Source: Hydrurus foetidus (lineage: Eukaryota). From it: a stretch of 47,600 nt of DNA. Each line of letters begins with the position of its first letter. Position 1 is the first letter of the stretch. A model generated the notes under the pieces. The model did not search any database. It worked only from the letters and a program-made list of their open reading frames with translations, and was not told the DNA's origin. This document shows, one piece after another, positions 1 to 16,241 of this stretch. A program made the translations under genes and the position numbers. The stretch lies in NCBI GenBank assembly GCA_900617105.1, contig UYFQ01000398.1:1-47600 (forward strand), written 5' to 3'.

Positions 1-1979
1 GTTCGAAAAACTCCCGTGCGGCCTCTTGTCCAATAATGCCTGACGCATTTACGTTGAGAACGTAAAGTACCGTTTGCAAGGCAATAGCGGAGATGGGTCG
101 AGAACCATCGTCCACAGCACGGCCACCCACTACAAGCGATGTAGATGCCGCATTGGGTGTGGCAAACTGTACCGCGGGTATGTTGATCGGTGACGTACGA
201 TCGTGTATGTACCGTGGTATCGGTGGTCGTACCGGGTGCGCTGCATTGGGGTCGGGACCGCCCCCTGCAGTTTGTGCACGGAATGCTGCTGTCTGCTGCT
301 CGTAATCGATTATGCGATCCGTTGCAGGCAGTACCACGATGTCTGGAGGATCCAAGGGGAGTGGGTTAGGAACCCGAATTTCCCGTGGGATCTCCTGGAT
401 GACTCGTTGGGGTTGTGGGTTGTAATCCGTGTCACCGGTGAACGTACGTACGTATGTAGGCCGTTCCGGTGACCCTGGTGGGGAAGCTTGTCGCTTGCGT
501 GATGTGGGACCCTCTTGTGGAGGTGACGCGCGTTTGCGAGGAACGTCCGCTGTGCGGGTTATTGTCTCCACATTTTCGGGGATGCGCGTATCGCGACTCT
601 CGAGTAGTCGAGGATTGTCGGTAACGCGTACGGTTGCCCGTGGAGTCGCACGTTCGTCCTCGTACTGGTTGTCGTTGTACTGACGACCGTCAGTATTACG
701 GTTGCCCCGGTTGGAGGTATCCTGTTGGCGACGATTGTCTCCTTGAGGATAGTCCCTTGGGGGACTGTCATCGTGACCCTGTGGGGTTCTCGACGACTTC
801 TCCTATTGGGGTTGTTGTCTCTCTGACGGAAACTGTCGTTGTTGTCGTCGCGAAAACTATCGAAACTGCGAGTGTTAGTCGAATAATTTCCCCTGTTTGG
901 GTTGTCATTACGACGAGAATCCTCGTAGTTACGATTATCCCTTTGGGGGTTATCGTTGTGACGTTGGAAATGTCTCTGCGATTATCCCTGTTAGGGTTGT
1001 CGTCTTGTTGGCGATAGTCGTGATCGCGACGCCCGTCATTCTGACGTGGGTTGTCGTCGTTGCGACGATTGTCGCTGTTGCGTCGATCGTCGTATTGACG
1101 TCTGTTGTCGTCGTTGAATGGGGTGTCGTAGCCGCGACGACCATCGTTGTCGTAGTCGTGGTTGTCGTCATTCTGACGGTAATTGTCGTTATAACGACGA
1201 TTATCGCTTTGACGTTGATTGTCATTGCGGCGATCATCGTTATATTGACGTCCATCGTTATCGTAACGGTTGTCGTTACGGTGCTCCGTACCGTATGAAG
1301 GGCCCGTATTACGGTTGTCCCTGGGAGGGTTGGAGTCATCGTAGGTACGACGGTTGTCGTTGTGACTTTGATTGTCATCATTAGAACGTCGATAATCGTT
1401 GTTGTTTCGATTATCGTCATTGTATTGACGTTGGCTAGGATCGTGGCGTTGACGGTTATCGTAACGATTACCGTCACCACCGTCTTCGCTGCCACTCTGT
1501 TGATTCGGAGTGGGCGGATAGTCGCCCGTTGCATCTCCGTCGACGGGGTTATTCCGACGAGTTGAGTTGTCGTAACTGTCGAGGCCCTGACGACGGAGGT
1601 ATCGTTGCGGGGGTGAATCTATACGGCGGCGAGGGTTAGTATCGCCGTCGTCATCATCCCGGTCAGGGTCGCCATTATGGCGTGTTTGTTGACGGTTTGC
1701 GTCTGACGAACGCAACGTGACATTGTCATGTTGTCGCGTTGTGTGAACGTCGTCGTCGTCGTCGATATGACGATTAGGCGGCGCCTGATTGGAACTGTTG
1801 GTAGGTCCCAGTATTGTTACTGGGAATACCGGTCGATCAGTTCCGGCAGACGCAGCTACTGCTGTCGGCGGTGTTGGTGTCGACTGAGTTTTTGAAACAG
1901 TCGTCGCTGCCGGAATTAATTGAGTGGTTAATTCGGCGAGCGACGGCGATATCTCCGAAGAGTCATCGGATAACGGCAT
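1..1979 (-). CDS. Retrotransposon ORF1 (gag-like) N-terminal region, N/D/R/Q-rich low complexity, with two apparent 1-bp frameshifts (~970, ~783); open to the window edge
   Basis: ORF 768..1979 loses its NDR-rich character at ...DNRRD. The same composition continues in the next frame (FQRHNDNPQRDNRNYED...) and again in the third frame (QGHDDSPPRDYPQGDNRRQQD...GQEAAREFFE) with no stop down to position 1. Confidence 0.6.
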
Positions 1980-2011
1980 CGTTAGATGACTTATGTCTTG
2001 ACAATTTTAAA

Positions 2012-2026
2012 TAGCGGGAGTCGCCA
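2012..2026 (-). promoter_or_regulatory. Primer-binding site (PBS) candidate
   Basis: TGGCGACTCCCGCTA begins with TGG (complement of the tRNA CCA end) 9 nt after the putative LTR 3' CA. It resembles the tRNA-Arg-type TGGCGACTCC PBS of some Gypsy lineages. Confidence 0.6.
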
Positions 2027-2035
2027 AAAAAATTT

Positions 2036-3100
2036 TGCAAGGGCTTCGCCTCGTGCCGTTTGGATGAAAATCAAACAGGCGATTAGACGAAGCAGAATAA
2101 GTCAAGTTGGTTCTGGACGGATGAGTGAATCAATCCGTACAAAAGGAGCCGGGATTGGGAGACTTGCTCGACCAACCACGAGAACGGCGTGGAAGACGAA
2201 GCTATCCACGGACGTCAGCCAAGCAAAGCTTGAGGCGGAAGATGGGCAGAAGTTAACTGAGTTAACTCTGCACAAAAATTTGGGATTGCTGAGATGAAAC
2301 TCAAGCAACCACAAGACAGTCAAGTATCGGGAGAGAAATCTCAATCCGAGTGACTAAGTTTACGGCAACCAGACTTCGGAGACTTGCTCGCGATAGTAAG
2401 AATTGCTCGCAAACGAGAATTTCGAATAAAATTCGAGATTCTCCACGCAGGTAATCGGTATGGGATTGCTGAGATGAAACTCAAGCAACCACAAAATAGT
2501 CAAGTATCGGGAGAAATCCGAGTGACTAAGTTTACGGCGACCAGACTTCGGAGACTTGCTCGCGATAGTAAGAATTGCTCGCAAACGAGAATTTCGAATA
2601 AAATTCGAGATTCTCCACGCAGGTAATCGGTATGGGATTGCTGAGATGAAACTCAAGCAACCACAAGACAGTCAAGTATCGGGAGATTCCGAGTGACTAA
2701 GTTTACGGCGACCAGACTTCGGAGACTTGCTCGCGATAGTAAGAATTGCTCGCAAACGAGAATTTCGAATAAAATTCGAGATTCTCCACGCAGGTAATCG
2801 GGAGAGTTAGGGCAGCAGGGTAGTGTAGAGGATGGTAGCTTAGAGTAGGAGGATAGGGTCTAAAGAAGAGAAACTAAAGGAAGTAGATCTACTGTGACCT
2901 TTGAGGGCTAGAAAGAAGGGAAGTCTAAAGGCTAAAAGGAGCTTGTTAGTTAGAGATGCAAACAGAAGGTACGCTAGTAACTTCTGCAAAGCAGCACAAA
3001 CTAGCTAGTGACTGATAGTCGTGGCTGTGAACACGAAGGTACTAAGGTGGAAACAGCATCTAATCGGCTGAATGGGGTAGCAGACCCTGAGGGAGCCACA
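2036..3100 (-). repeat. Putative 5' LTR (~1065 bp)
   Basis: TG...CA termini on the minus strand, adjacent PBS. The partner LTR is outside the window, so boundaries are unconfirmed. Confidence 0.6.
2281..2800. repeat. Tandem repeat, 3 near-identical units of ~170-180 bp, inside the LTR
   Basis: Unit TGGGATTGCTGAGATGAAACTCAAGCAACC...CTCCACGCAGGTAATCGG starts at ~2281, 2461 and 2632. Confidence 0.95.
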
Positions 3101-3532
3101 AAGCTCATAATGAATGATTCTCAAATCAGTGTAATTTGATGGCTTAGAGTACCTCAATTTCGACAATTCATTCTTCCTTGATATTATAGCGCGCATCGTC
3201 TCATCGTGATTGACATGTTCTGATGTCATCGAGTGGAATTTTATTTTCCAACCAGTATTTAACGACCGAAGTTCATAAAATGCTTCCATCGCTTGATCTC
3301 GATGATCTGTAGCAGCAAGAACATTCATTGCGTAGCCCATAATAAGAAGAGCTCTTCTAAGTAGAGGCAATCCTTGATGTACAGCAGCACATACAACTGT
3401 CATACTTGTGGACTCACCCGACTGCTTTCCATTTATTTCTAGACATAATTGCTCCGCCGTGAGGTACTCTTTCTGATTCTGTGCTGTCATGTTGTGTTTC
3501 ATGAGCACAATTGAGAGCATAAAGGCATACAT
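3101..3532 (-). pseudogene. Unknown ORF fragment interrupted by the LTR insertion
   Basis: About 143 codons of ordinary-composition protein (MYAFMLS...IIHYEL) read straight into the LTR terminus (CGSLR). No recognisable domain. Confidence 0.35.
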
Positions 3533-4212
3533 TTCTCCCTCCAGAGTTCTTTTTTCATTTCTTGAGTATTTTTATAGTTTACTGATATCCCAGATTTGGT
3601 TGACGTTGTGAACGCGGTGACAGCGGAATATGGATCCAAACAACTTTTTGAAGTCACCGCAAGTGTTCGGTTTTGTTTGCAAGAAATGTGAGCATCAAAA
3701 ACTCACATGCTTCGAGAGCTTGCAAAGTAAAGCGGCAAATGTCGATAGATTCCAAAATATGAAAATAGACCCACTTACTTAGTAGAGCGTATCCTGAAGA
3801 TCTCAGATCATCCTTCGCATGAGGTAGTCGACACGAGCTCTATGTGATTGTTGCAAAACTATGGACCAGCAGTAAAGTGATACCTATGACATACTTATGG
3901 TGGAAAGGGTTCTATTTCCGGACGGTTATGACGTGAATAGGGGGGACTTGACGGTATCTCAAAACAACAGAAAGTTCGCGAGTACAGCGGCTTAAAAAAG
4001 ATGATTTTTAAACCGTGTAAGGTAATTAAAAGTAGTGATGTCTGTAGTACGTACACCGGAAACCGAAACTCCTCGATGAAATTAGAGATCCGATGATCGA
4101 TCGATCATGTAAATGTATATAATATATAATTTAACAACTCAACAGCTCCAGCATTCAGCAATTTTGCTTCCTGTGCTCAGTATCGTGTGTTCGCTTTAGC
4201 AGTGTAGTCAAG

Positions 4213-4962
4213 ATGACTCTAAACTTCTCCTCGATCGGGTCATTGTTCTTAATTTCGTTACTTTGTGTCCGAGTCGGATCATTCAAGTTTGCAACATCTT
4301 GGACATCATATGGATACGCCAGTAGAAATTCCGATAACACAGTGGAATTTCACAGAACAGTACGCTCAACTTCTTCGAGGCTGTTATCCAGTGTTTCTGG
4401 TGGGGAGGCGATAAGACCCTCGCAGCCGCCGAGATCGGCTGGTTTTATAATATCCCCTTCATCAAGAGGCTCGGAAGATGAGTTACTTATTCTGCAGAAC
4501 TTCAATCAAATTCAGTACGGCGAGAAGTTGAAGTTTGGGGTCATTGGAACGCAGGACCTCAGCAGCAATCACAAACAGATGGTAGAATTGCTATCCTATG
4601 CCCTAATTCTTAGCGGCAATCATGTGTACACGTCAGCAGGAAGTCTGAATGGAACAAATCTAGCAGTGATCCAAGGGGCATTAAGAGCATGCAATCCGGA
4701 TCTACTGACAGTCATTCTTCCTCAAAGTTTGTTTCGTCAGCCGGCAGAAATTCATCCACTATTGTTACGTGTTGCAAATTTAATTCAACAACCGCAATAT
4801 GATGATTTAGATCTAAAAGAAGCGGCAGCAATTTGTAATGAGCAAATTTTATCTAATGTGGAGAAATTGTTGGTGTTCTGCTATCACGACTCTTCAACAA
4901 TTCTTAATCCTATCGAATCTGTGAAAAATAAAATAGAAATTATTACTTTCTATTTAGACTGA
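4213..4962 (+). CDS. Plastid-targeted DprA/SMF-like 'DNA recombination-mediator protein A' family protein (SLOG/Rossmann fold), intronless
   Basis: C-terminal ~160 aa carry motifs I recognise from the short cyanobacterial/plastid family: H..MVELLSYALILSGNH..TS, GTNLAVIQGALRA.NPDLLTVILPQSL.RQP, CNEQI, FCYHDS, C-terminal TFYLD. The N-terminus is a hydrophobic signal peptide ending VGS|F followed by an S/R-rich transit-like segment. Confidence 0.85.
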   Translation: MTLNFSSIGSLFLISLLCVRVGSFKFATSWTSYGYASRNSDNTVEFHRTVRSTSSRLLSSVSGGEAIRPSQPPRSAGFIISPSSRGSEDELLILQNFNQIQYGEKLKFGVIGTQDLSSNHKQMVELLSYALILSGNHVYTSAGSLNGTNLAVIQGALRACNPDLLTVILPQSLFRQPAEIHPLLLRVANLIQQPQYDDLDLKEAAAICNEQILSNVEKLLVFCYHDSSTILNPIESVKNKIEIITFYLD

Positions 4963-6088
4963 TACTGCTCTACTGTCCTAACATATAATTCAAAAATCAG
5001 AAAGTATCGCCAGTATCGAATAATTACTGCGCGGCACATTTGTTGATACATCTATGAACTACTGTAGTGTAGCGCTGCTAGACTCCGGCCATAGGTTTTT
5101 GAAAAGATATCTCGAAAAAAAGAAAAACGAGCTGTAAATAATGTATACCGTTTTTTAAAAATACAGTATTTTTGACGTAATCTTGTATAACCACTAAAAA
5201 TGAAAAAACACAGACAAGTGGCAAAATTGAGAGGTCGAAACTTTGCTTCTGTTTCGCGGGATCGATATATGTTCAATGAATTTTTGGAAATCTTACCTGG
5301 TTATTTCGGCTGGACTATTTATTGGTAGCTTTGTACTGAATTTGAGGGCATGAAGCAATTCACAATTTTGTGAGACATTATATTTGAAATAAAACAGTAC
5401 ACGTACAATATCGTGCTACCGAATTTAAAGCAAAGAAAAAGATATGAAATGAACATAATATTCAGTGTTGTATTGCCTCGGTTATGGTGTGATTTCAATC
5501 GTAATGAAATAGTATGGAGTGTTAGTTTTTGAGATGAATTAAGTTTCGTTAAATTGGATTTAAAAAATCTTGTGCATTATTTTCCAAAATGTAATTCAGC
5601 TAAAAATCAGTAGTTAACTGATATCAGACCTGAAATACAGAAAATAAGGGCTAAATCTGCACACTACCATATACAATATATTGAACAATGTCATGTGCAA
5701 TTAGAGAAGAAAAAGAAAAGAAGGAAATTTATTTTCGAGCTTTTGATGAAATTGTGTACCGTGTACTGTGCAGTGCATCAGTCTTGCAGTAATGCACTAT
5801 TATTAATACCGTACTTATATCTCATCTGTACTAAGCAATGATCATGTTATACTGTGTCATTATATTTTATATTATCGTATATCGCATCGAAGTACTGTAC
5901 TGTACGATCAAATCGTACTATGCGACACTGTGCTGTATCACACCATTCAAATGAATACACCCGTACAAATGTGCAGTACTAAACTTCTCGTTTCTCGTCA
6001 TTTCGTAGTGTACTGTAGTATACGGTATTATCGCAAGAGCACGTACACGTATACATGTGCGTACTCACGATAAATCATCAGTTTGTAA

Positions 6089-11370
<5,282 letters not shown>

Positions 11371-14339
11371 TCACGTCTAGGATAAGGTAAGCATTATCAT
11401 GGCTAAAAAGCTGTGGTTCACCAGATGTCAGTCCCTCTTCGAGAGCGTGTTTTGTGAGTAGCGTCTTTCAAAATTAGACTTCTTTCTCTCTGATTCTGCT
11501 GTCAACTCAGCAGTGTCGTTTCATCAGTTGGTCGATCAATGCGCTCTACCGTAGACCGTAGGTTGTATAAGAATTCCATGGACGAAGTCCGTTAGATTCC
11601 GATTAGATTCGGCTGTCGTTCTGTGGAGTTCCACTATCATTTCTAGCATTACTTTGCGGTTAACATCTGAACGATCTTTACATGACAAAGTGTCTAGTAT
11701 AATTTTTCAATTTGAAGTACCGCACTTAGCCGTTTTTTGAATTGGATTTGATCCAATACGACACAGACTGTATAAAGTTGGAAACCTCTACCCCCCCCTT
11801 TCATTTCATCACTACGGTAATATGAAAGCATGAATTACAAAACCCCACACTCTAAAATTTCAACTTTTCAACTCGTTACAGTGAGAGATGAACAGATTTT
11901 TCAACTATTTCCGGGTCAGACATATTTTTGAAATTACAACTAAACAGGTTTCTCGCATTTCCCTGCTCGAAGAAGACCGCTGAGAAAAACGCTTTTAACT
12001 CAATATTCGTAAAACGTGCTTCAAGAAAATCCTAAAAATGCTGTTTTGTTTTGACTTCTACAATGTACGTTAGTTGGGATATAATCATTCTGCGAATATC
12101 GGGCTATTGGCTAGGGTAGGACCATTGACTGGACTACTTAAACGGGCTATATTTTTACTTTCTTTAATTTTGAATTTTAAACGGGTCTGAAAGTAATAAC
12201 CGAGCCTATCCAGTGTCCTTGATGATTGTGTGCCGAGTTGCATGTGTTTACATATGTTCACGCGTATCTTACCAGATTTTACCAGAATTTGAATTTAGAT
12301 CTGTTTTGAAAAACCACGAACTGGGAATTCGTGTCGTAAAGAACGGTCTAATTGCTTGATTTCCAGCTCATTTTTACGATTAAAAAATTTGCAAATTCTT
12401 CGATAGGTAAAAACTCGCCAAAATTCTGCAAAAAAATTTCAATTGCGTTCTCTGAACGGAAAAAAAACTGATGAGTTAGAAAGAAATACTGGCTCGTTAT
12501 TACAAAGCAAATTTTAAATTTTAAATTCTAGTATAAATTATCCATTCTATTCTATTCTATTCTATTCCATTCTAATCTAATTTAATTCATAACATCAATG
12601 TAATAAAAATTTAATATAAATTAACTTCACTAGACATAAAAGTAGTATAATTGTAATCTGTCCTATTCATTTTATGTTTACGTACGTAGTAAGAAATTAT
12701 ATAACACATCTCCATTTCATTCCCTAGAAATAAATAATTCATTTAAAGCAAATTTTACTCAATTTCCAATCATATCAGACACGAATCGACAGTACAAGAA
12801 AACCTATTAACACTGCACTGTTGCAGCGAATCGTAAAAAAAAGACAGTTGTTGCAACTCGGCTCTAATTCCATCGAAGTGGGTGAAAATATGGCAATTAT
12901 GAACGATTTTTTTGCATGTGAAACCATCTAAATAAGCTTTTTCTTTTTTCGTTAATTGATTGAACAAATCACGGATACACCAAATTTTTTACAATAACTT
13001 CTTTGGTACTATAAAAATTATCGTGTAAAATAACACTCTATTTTTTCCTTTGCTTAATTTCTTATCATCGCGTCATTTATTTTTGTCAATTGCTATTTCT
13101 TTTCCTCGTTCAGAAGAGTAATTAGATTCATACATTTCATAACAAAACAAAGATAGGATTAGACATACAGCAACACCGGTGATAACATTTTTTCGAATTG
13201 TCCTCGATATCCGATGCTGAATGAAAACAGAAAAAAGAAGAAAAAAAGGATAAAAATTACATGCGCAGTACACAGAAGAAAAGAAAATCAAAGAAAAAAA
13301 AAAGAAAGAAATGAAAAAGTAAAGTAAAGTAAAGTAAAGTAAAGTAAAGTAAAGTAAAGAAAGTGAAAGAAAGAAAGAAAAGTAAGGAAAAGTAAGAAAG
13401 AAAAGGGAAAAGTAAGGAAAAGTAAGGAAAAGTAAGGAAAAGTAAGGAAAGAAAAAGAAAAATGACTTAAATTTGGAGAGCTGCAGACAATATTCCGTTG
13501 AGTCCAAAATAAAAAACATCATCGAAATTCGGGATAAAATGCGGTGTGAAAATTTAAAAAATACAAGACAAGAACAACACTAAATTGATGATAACAATTT
13601 TGTACGGCTGATATTCTTACACTGATAATTCTATTGAAAAATGTATCATAAAAGTAAAATTATGGAGGCCATTTCTTTATTAGCGCTATTCCATGCACCA
13701 ATAAAATAAACCACGTGTTTCAGTAAATCATCAGATGAGAGTTAATTACATCTGAGTACTATTAAACAATTTATAGACTTATTAAAATGATACTCAACAA
13801 TTCTATGTTTTCCGCATTGAAAATGTACGAGATCTTACCTTGGAAATTGTTTTTCGAGTTGAGATACATTCAGCGAGCGCATCGAGCCAAAGATTAAAAT
13901 CTGCTCCGTCAACTGCGGCTAGAGTTATGCTCTGTACACAGAAGAAAAGAAAAAAGAAGAATGAATTAAAAAAACGAATAAAAAGAAATTACTAAAAACA
14001 GAAAAGAAGAAGATGGTAACAAAGTGATCAAGAGTTGGTTATGAAAAAATTTCAATGAAAAGATAACTGAATAGATAATGCAAAAAAGTGGACAGTTAAT
14101 GGGAGGAAAAAGTAGAAAAAGAAGTCGAAAGAGAGAAAAAAAAAGTGGAAAAAAAGAAAAAAAGAATAAGAAGAAGCGGGTCAGAACAAACGGTAAAAAT
14201 AACTGGTAAGTTTTCGTCGAACTAAGCCGTAAAAAGAGTAATTGTAATTTCCAGTATCCTACCGTGAAATCCGTTATAACGTCTATCGAAAATTCTGTTG
14301 CGGAAATTTCTAGACTCTCTCTCACCTACGGTAAATATG

Positions 14340-14880
<541 letters not shown>

Positions 14881-16050
14881 TTAAAATTTGTGGGGTGAAA
14901 ATAAGCAAAAAAATGAAGCAAAGCGGCATACAAAATGAAAAATATCAACGCTAGAAATGAAGAAAAGTCAGACAAGATCTTAGAAAATAATAAGACGACA
15001 ATGAGAGGAAACGTAAAAAGGCAAGATAAGAAAAACACGGAAATGAAAATGAATTGAAATAGAAAATAAGAAGTAAAGGAATTGAAAGAAGATAAGAAAG
15101 GACGATTTCTCTGGCTACCGTGTAAATTGAAATAGTGCAGAGTGGCTGTGAGGATCGGAATATTTAAAACGTACAAGTGCGAACGTTCTTAGGAATGATG
15201 AATGCAATCACGTAAGTACTGAAACGTTCGTTCTATCAAAATAATTCTGACAGATCAACCGCCATAAAAAACAAAAATTACAAGGCACGTACATTCACAA
15301 GTACGTACGTTCGAGAAATCTCTTAGGAAGAATGTTCCCAGAGAAGGTTCGCCGTTTAAATTTTTTTCTACATACTGTGACACGTTCCGATAAATAATCA
15401 AGAAGAAAATCGAGTTAATCAAAATTTCGAGAAGGGAGCTTGTCATGATATTGTATTTATCTTTATAGTGATTAACATAGAACACACTGTATTAATGATA
15501 AGTAATAATTAATTTCGTAGTTTTAGTACGTCACTAATGGTGGTGTGAATTTATTTCAATTTCTTCCTTTTTTTACTTGTAAGATTTTGTCAAATTAACT
15601 TGGTTTAAAATCGGAAATCACATACAGAGTGCAATATAGAAAAAAATATATATATTGGCTTTTCTTTTCAAGTCAGACTTAACAAAAATTCGAGGATATT
15701 AAGGATTCAGAATTTCGACCAGAGTTCGTCTAAAATTAAAAAAACTTGATTGGATAATTTAACTGATTCAAATTTTTAGATTATTAGATTCTTTGGGATT
15801 TTTCAGGGTCAGTCAATCAGTACGCAATTTTCCAACAAATTCTGTATTATGTATTCATACCTCAGAGTGACTAGTGTACCAAATTAGTCTGTCCTCGCAT
15901 AAAACGAAAAAATATTTGTCATACGGTATCTTGATGCTGTGCACTATCTCTCTCTTCATATATAAATATCCTAGAAATGCACATAAGCAGAAAAGAGAAA
16001 TGTGGTAAATGATAAGAGTGATAGTTATGAGAGAAGTAATTGTACGATAT

Positions 16051-16241
16051 CAAGGGTCGTGTTTAATTCATTTGTCGATTTTAATCGGGTACCAGCCCTC
16101 CACACAATAACACACAGCATTTTTCATGCTAGGCGGTCCCTCTGGGGAATTTTTTTTTTCAGTAAGGAAAAATGGTGTGTGTTGTTGTGTGGGGGGCTGG
16201 TACCCGATTAAAAACAACAATTGAATTAAACGCGATCCTTG
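16051..16241. mobile_element. MITE with long imperfect TIRs (CAAGGGTCGTGTTTAATTCA...), copy 1
   Basis: About 70-bp inverted arms (...TTTAATCGGGTACCAGCCC / GGGCTGGTACCCGATTAAA...). Flanked by ATAT on both sides. Absent from the paralogous intron of copy A (~18540). A second copy is at 32171. Confidence 0.85.

Larger units (their letters stand above)
1..3100 (-). mobile_element. 5' part of an LTR retrotransposon, probably Ty3/Gypsy; truncated by the left window edge
   Basis: Minus-strand order: TG start (TGTGGCTCCC at 3100) ... TTGCA end (2036), then a PBS-like TGGCGACTCCCGC (from 2026), then ATG at 1979 of a long GC-richer ORF1. Composition changes sharply at 3100, where an unrelated ORF is cut. 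No pol domains lie in the window, so the superfamily is inferred from the PBS style. Confidence 0.7.

Noticed and set aside
783..975. Programmed ribosomal frameshifting in ORF1
   Set aside because: No X XXY YYZ slippery heptamer; the shifts lie inside a low-complexity region rather than at a gag-pol junction; simple indels suffice.
93..1565. Overlapping V/I/T-rich ORFs on the plus strand and alternative minus frames
   Set aside because: Shadow frames of the GAC/AAC/CGT-rich ORF1.
2281..2800. CRISPR-like array of palindromic repeats
   Set aside because: Whole ~175-bp units are near-identical with no unique spacers, no cas genes are present, and the context is a eukaryotic LTR.
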